From assembly GCA_004764695.1 (NCBI GenBank), contig SMSO01000037.1, positions 1,526,747 to 1,590,746 of the forward strand: DNA of 64,000 nucleotides, written 5' to 3'. Of the stretch, positions 58,621 to 64,000 are shown one piece after another (positions within the stretch are counted from its first letter, which is position 1; each line of letters starts with the position of its first letter). The DNA is from Schizochytrium sp. TIO01. Lineage: Eukaryota > Protista > Bigyra: Labyrinthulomycetes. The notes beneath the pieces are model-generated. The model saw only the letters and a program-made list of their open reading frames with translations. It was not told the DNA's origin and made no database searches. The position numbers were made by a program, and so were the translations under genes.

Positions 58621-59184
58621 ACATCAATCGAGTTGTCTTGATTTTGATCCGTCTTGTCAACTTAACCTGTTGAGGTTACAAATTTAGGCAAAAGGACAAC
58701 ACCGTAGTTTCCCCAAAGTCAAAGTGCAAGCTTGCGGTGAATCTCGGTAATCTGCAATCTCGGCCTTTGAATTCGACAACTTTACCGATGTCTTTGTAAA
58801 CGGCAGAAGTGTCTGAGTAGGCACGCTGGAGATAACCAATTTGACATTTGAAATCCTAATTTTGCTTGGGAGGACACTCTGGCGTAGATAATTGTACGAT
58901 CATTGCTGCGTGAACAAACCTTGGCCTTAGGTGTGCTCAGCGTCGTCATTTGCGTGTATGCGATTAAGCACTCGAAGGGCACTTGATGAGACGCTAAGTT
59001 TCTGTTTGAAATACTTTGCTGGCTTGTGTTGAAGGTTTACCTCATTTGTAGTACTTGGTGATCGCTGGTTCCTTGGCCATTCCATTTTCTTACCTAGCCT
59101 CTGCTTCTTATCATTCATGTAGATAGTCACTACCATTTGTAGGTTATATGAGTTCTAACGTTGTTCTAACGTTTTCATAGCTAC
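58621..59184 (-). mobile_element. Second, 3'-truncated copy of the decayed Fanzor element, inverted relative to the first
   Basis: The reverse complement aligns with about 53460-54070. A 33-nt block, GATTACCGAGATTCACCGCAAGCTTGCACTTTG, is identical at 53932-53964 (+) and 58720-58752 (-). Its KKMEWPRNQ...KPAKYFKQ...SALRVLNRIHANDDAE mirrors copy 1. Confidence 0.88.
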
Positions 59185-59968
59185 AGCCAACATGATCATA
59201 AACGCTTGTTTTGTTTATAATTGTTAATCTGCACTTCTCATTCTCTACTCAACATGAGTACTATCGCAATCTCATTACACCTATTGCCACTTGTCAGGGT
59301 AAAAACCGCATGGGCGAAGCGGTGCAGCACTCGTGATAGACTAAACAAACTGCAACTGGGTAGAAATTCCGCTTTTCAGTTTTGTTGGTTTTTAGTAATT
59401 TTATTTATATTTATATTTATAATTTTTAAATATTAATTTTAAAAAGAAAAAGTAATGTCTCAGTGAAAGAAAGGCGACGTTCACAAATCTTGCTTGCTCA
59501 CTAAGTATGTGCAACTAGAAGCTCCGGTTAAATCAAAATTGGTCAACCTGTGGGAAACATAGGCTTGCTGAAATATTCAATATGATGTCACATACATCGA
59601 GGTGCTAAGTTTGAGAGGATTCAAAGAAACCTCGTGTACCACCGTTGTAATCCCGCCCTCCTTTTGCACACTCCTTGTTTTACGTCAATCTACTTAACTC
59701 AATTGAGAAGTGTAGTTGATCAAAGATTTTGAAAACATGAATTATCAACAGAAGAAGAACTGGGGATTCCAGTTACGATGGTAATTTCAAGAGTATTTTT
59801 GCGCTACTTGTAGAACAAAAGAAAGTTGAATACATGGCCCAGAATGGAAGTCACCTAAAGGGTGGTAGAAAAAGGTAAATGCTGTTCAAATTGTCGTCAC
59901 TTATTTTAGGTGTGTGTATACTTGTGGATCGCGTCTAGCATGATTTTTTTTATGACCTTGGGAGGCCT

Positions 59969-61672
59969 CTACTCTACTTGTGCAACGATATCATAGCGCT
60001 CGGTTTGCAGTTGGCGGTACAAACCAAACTTAGCGGGTGTCTGGTCACCAATGTTCGTCACAGCAGCGACATGGATCGGACAAATGGTATCTTCGGAAGA
60101 GAAACTAACCTGTACGGGAAAGAAGTCATCTTCGGTATTTGAGGCGACGACAAACTCAAGCTGGGCAGTGTTTGTCTCCTTATCCACAACAGGAAGTTCC
60201 CATTCAAGCAAGTGGCGCCGAGCGTTGTGACGTGTGATGCCACCTTCGACGAGCGCGATCTCAGGCTCATCTGATGTGTTGAGAGGAATCACTACCAAGA
60301 CATTGCTGAGAGTTAGGTGCTCGTTGAGAAGTTCAAGCTCCATTGATACAGTAACAGTGCCATCATCATTCGACTCTGGCCAGCATGTGACCTTAAGAGG
60401 CAGCTGAGACTCGTCCTCCTTGGCAGCATAGCGCCACTTCAGGATGCTCAAAGACTTTTCCTTGGGCCATGCCTTGTCAGCATTCTTGAGCTGCAAAGTC
60501 TTGCTGTCCGCAAAGTCTTGTTTCGACAGGTTGGGGTGTGGTTGAAAGTTAAAGACTGACGTGTCGCCGTAGTCCTGAAGTTTGAGGCATACCTTAGTAT
60601 CGGCTTCGTGGCAGAGAAGTTGAATGGAACCCTTGACTTCAATCTTGTGCAACGCACCATCCTTGTCAAAAAGAACCGCCAATGATTCGCTAAGACGCAC
60701 CTCAATTGGATCTGTGCGGACCACTGCTCCGGGCGCAGCCATTTTTGCTTTGGACGATTCTTGCTGGACGAATGCCTTCAATGAAGTGCCCTCTTCCTTT
60801 GCCATTTGTTCCAGGTCGGTCATTTGCTTGTTTGCCTTGTTGCCTAGCTTCAAGCCCTTTCCAAGCTTCATGCCTGTCTTGCTAGGAGCATCAGTAGAGG
60901 AAGAGCTCTGTCCGTATGTGGAGCCTGACGAAGGCGCGGGTGAGCTACCCATGCCGCTGCCCATGCCGCCGCCCATGCCGCTGCCCATGCCGCCGCCCAT
61001 GCCGCCGCCCATGCCGCCACCCATGCCACCGCCCATGCCGCCGCCCATGCCGCCGCCCATGCCTCCAAGAAAGTCTGGAGCACCATCCCCACGACCCATG
61101 CTGCCCATGCCTTGCATGCGGGACATAGTGTTTGTGGCCTTTTGAGCGTTAATAGCAATTGCTTTACGACGTGCCTCGTCACGTGCCTCATTGATCTTGC
61201 CTTCTTCGACCATCATTGCCAGCTTTTCGCTATGACTGTCCATCTCGAGGTTGGTTCTAATACCTTCGAGGGTGACATTCTCTTTGTAGCCGAGCGTAAC
61301 GACTTCATCAAAAGCAAAGACAAGGTCGAAGACATTCCTGGAGATGTCTTCTTCGGAGACATGAGTCGCATATTCTGGCACAACCTTGCTTAATAGACGC
61401 AGCGTATCAAGGTCAAGAACGATGTTGCTTCCTCTGGTTGTAACAAGTACAAGGTAGAGACTCTCAATGACCTGGTAGACATACCTGATACTGCCAGTCT
61501 CCACGTAGGTATGCTGCTTTCCACTCGAGGAGAAGTCTTCTGGTCCAGGGTCCACGAGCTTGGGGAAAGCGGCGAGAATGCCTTCGATGCGAATCCTTGA
61601 CATCTCAACATATTGGCGAGCCACAAGGATCTTGCCGCTCTTGGAGAGCACAGCAACAGAGAGAACCACCAT
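59969..61672 (-). CDS. ARCN1: Coatomer subunit delta (delta-COP)
   Basis: Longin domain MVVLSVAVLSKSGKILVARQYVEMSRIRIEGILAAFPKL, then QHTYVET, SNIVLDLDTLRLL and LEMDSHSEKL. The C-terminal mu-homology domain has FQPHPNLSK, LKWR, CWP and FFPVQVSF. ATG is at 61672. Confidence 0.97.
   Translation of the reverse strand: MVVLSVAVLSKSGKILVARQYVEMSRIRIEGILAAFPKLVDPGPEDFSSSGKQHTYVETGSIRYVYQVIESLYLVLVTTRGSNIVLDLDTLRLLSKVVPEYATHVSEEDISRNVFDLVFAFDEVVTLGYKENVTLEGIRTNLEMDSHSEKLAMMVEEGKINEARDEARRKAIAINAQKATNTMSRMQGMGSMGRGDGAPDFLGGMGGGMGGGMGGGMGGGMGGGMGGGMGSGMGGGMGSGMGSSPAPSSGSTYGQSSSSTDAPSKTGMKLGKGLKLGNKANKQMTDLEQMAKEEGTSLKAFVQQESSKAKMAAPGAVVRTDPIEVRLSESLAVLFDKDGALHKIEVKGSIQLLCHEADTKVCLKLQDYGDTSVFNFQPHPNLSKQDFADSKTLQLKNADKAWPKEKSLSILKWRYAAKEDESQLPLKVTCWPESNDDGTVTVSMELELLNEHLTLSNVLVVIPLNTSDEPEIALVEGGITRHNARRHLLEWELPVVDKETNTAQLEFVVASNTEDDFFPVQVSFSSEDTICPIHVAAVTNIGDQTPAKFGLYRQLQTERYDIVAQVE
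60949..61061 (-). repeat. In-frame 12-bp tandem repeat encoding (GGGM/GSGM)n in the delta-COP linker
   Basis: CCCATGCCGCCG-like units repeat about 9 times on the + strand. Confidence 0.9.
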
Positions 61673-63771
61673 GGTATCGAGGAGTAAAAAGAGAGAATAG
61701 AGAAAGTGAAACAAGAACGAGAAAGAAGGGAAGAGGCTACCTTGGTAGTGAGCACGAGATCAGATGCTCGCTAAGGCCACACTTAACCTCACTCCAAGGT
61801 AAGAAACAGACCTAGCTCAATTGAATGCGAGGCACTAGGCAGTGAGCTGATCAGAGAGCGATAGAGCGGTAGAGCAAGGAACAGCCACGTGGAGCTGATC
61901 CTGCACCTGGTCAACCGCCGCTACTCGACAGAAGGCTATGTCGCGCTTTCTAATGCGCGTGTATTGGACTCAATAAAGTGGGTCTGCGTGCGCTATGTCG
62001 CGCCTTGCGAGTACTGCGCACAAATGGTCTCTGCGCGTCCTCAACACTTGTGTCTGGTCTCGCTCACCTAGGAGACAGAAAGACTGAAGATGAAAGAAAA
62101 CAATAAAATTTATAACTTACTGGTACTAGTATTAGTATATACCTATGAGGTATTAGTGTCATCATTCAAGATGATCTACCCATCTTCAGGTTGAACCACA
62201 ACAGAAGATACAAGCAACCAAACAACTCGAGACACCTGCTCACCTGGGCCAGAGAATAAGAATGAGAAGGTCTTTGGGGTCATTTCCAGAGTTTCATGGT
62301 TCGCATTACTTCTGCTGGTCTATGCTGAGCGGTCATAATATATATGATTGTATTTGTGTGGGCTTATTAAAAGTCTGTTTCTAGAGTGCCTTTTTCAATC
62401 TTTACTCTAAAGGTATTTCATTTTCAATGATGGGAAACATCAGAGATACAATAATAGGCTACGGAAGTAAGTGCCCACTAAGTAATAACGGCGGCATAAT
62501 CGTTTATATGTATCCAATTCTAAAAATGCAGCAAGTCAAAACATGGTGCCAATGAAGCTAGCTTGCTGTATCCTACCTACTGCCAAATGGCTTACTAAGA
62601 TATCACTGGCAAGAGCAGAATGAATTCGTTGGCAGGCTTACAACCATAAGTATCATTAGAATGTATTTTCTTCTCTGATAGCAGCACTAATTCATATCTC
62701 CTTGGAAAAGATAAGATTTCCATCGCCCTCAAGTCGTATCCATGGTCGCTGGTAGTAACTATGTGAGTCCTAATACAGACTTTTACTGAGGAGTAGGTGG
62801 GCATTAGCTATTAATGTTAAATACTTGTACGGGTTACATCGAATTCCTTTGCATTCTCTACCTAATACTCCGTACCTAACTAGACTCTAGTGCTAGTTCC
62901 GTAGGTAGGCAGATAGATAGTAGATACTTTACTTTACATTAACTTTTCCTCCTTGATTTTGAAAGTACGAAAACAACTTAGTTAGTAGGTAGCAGGTAGG
63001 TACTATTAAAGCACGTGTACGATATCGTAGCTTGGATCTCTTCTTATGACTGTTAGTAACAGGCTTTTAAATTTTAGAACATACTACCTCCAGAGATGAC
63101 TCGACAGATGTGGCAGGTTTCCTTTTCTTCATCTCTGAAGGAAAGATAAGGAATTAAAAGTTATCTCGGCTGAAATGTAGGTCTAGAAGGTTGCAGCAAA
63201 CACTGCACCTTTCTATTTTCTAAGGATAGCAATTCATGATACACCCTAAGAAGATAAAGTTGGGATGGAAGATACAGTATTCAGGCTAGTCTACAACTAG
63301 AAAATACTTTTGAATGGATTTTTTTTCTTCTTAATGTTGTTCTAAAGCAAATTTCAATGCGGCTTTAAATAATTAGCAATACTGACAACAGTATTCAACA
63401 TTTGATATGCAAATTTATGAAAAACTGATATCTGAAATGGGTGCTAGTGTACCACAAACCCTGTTCCCTTCCATAACTTTCATGAGAAGACAATCCTTGC
63501 TATTTCTAATATTTCTCCCACTACAAAGAGGTATAAAAGTCAAGAAGAACGCTATCAGTTATATGAGTCTACGACCTAGACGGCGAGACTCGCATAGTAG
63601 CACTTTAATTTTGGTCATCTTTATAAGAGAGTTATGGATGTGTCCTAATGTATCGAATCTTATCAGAACGTATATCAAAAGAGGAATATCGCATTTTTGT
63701 ATTTTGATGCTGACATTTTTTCGCTCTTAATGATTAGAATTAGCTCGTATTCCTTTAAGAAAACATCTGTT

Positions 63772-63919
63772 GTGAATAAAAACTCTTTTCTATTGACTGC
63801 TTGTATACTATACCCGCTAAATGAGCAAAATAGATCAAATCGTAGGTGAATAAAAACTCTTTTCTATTGACTGCTTGTATACTATATCCGCTAAATGAGC
63901 AAAATAGATCAAATCGTAG
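63772..63919. repeat. 74-bp tandem duplication, one mismatch
   Basis: GTGAATAAAAACTC...AGATCAAATCGTAG at 63772-63845 and 63846-63919 differ only at TACCCG versus TATCCG. Confidence 0.95.
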
Positions 63920-64000
63920 CGAAAGACGAGAACTTTCCATTCAACAGCCTCACAGAATTTCCTCAATTCCCGGTATCTTTCTGAAAAGAAATATTGTCGA

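Noticed and set aside
1-64000. Abundant GTAG/CTAC/CTAG-rich intergenic tracts as a specific regulatory system
   Set aside because: They are pervasive low-complexity sequence, and no position-specific pattern could be shown by eye.

Overview
Eukaryotic, intron-poor genomic DNA with AT-rich intergenic regions. Gene content, codon usage and GT-AG introns suggest a stramenopile protist, probably a thraustochytrid (Aurantiochytrium/Schizochytrium-like); this is inference. The 13 protein genes are: a partial helical-repeat protein, a doubled tetraspanin-like membrane protein, a Rac/Rho GTPase, a cytochrome b5-fused front-end desaturase, MnSOD, a SAP30-SGF29 Tudor fusion, a CaMK-type kinase, mitochondrial uS15, an ABCG half-transporter, a USP deubiquitinase, a Pumilio protein, a TFIIS-N-domain protein and ACAA2-like thiolase; delta-COP makes 14. 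The main hidden signal is missed by the ORF track because it is frameshifted: a decayed Fanzor (eukaryotic TnpB-like, RNA-guided OMEGA nuclease, Fanzor2-type motifs) at about 53460-54420. A second, truncated copy lies in inverted orientation at about 58621-59184, so the pair flanks the thiolase gene. Two fainter Fanzor-like relics may lie near 6.9-7.4 kb and 25.4-25.7 kb. A dispersed 60-90 bp repeat family has at least 8 copies. No tRNA, rRNA or CRISPR array was recognised.
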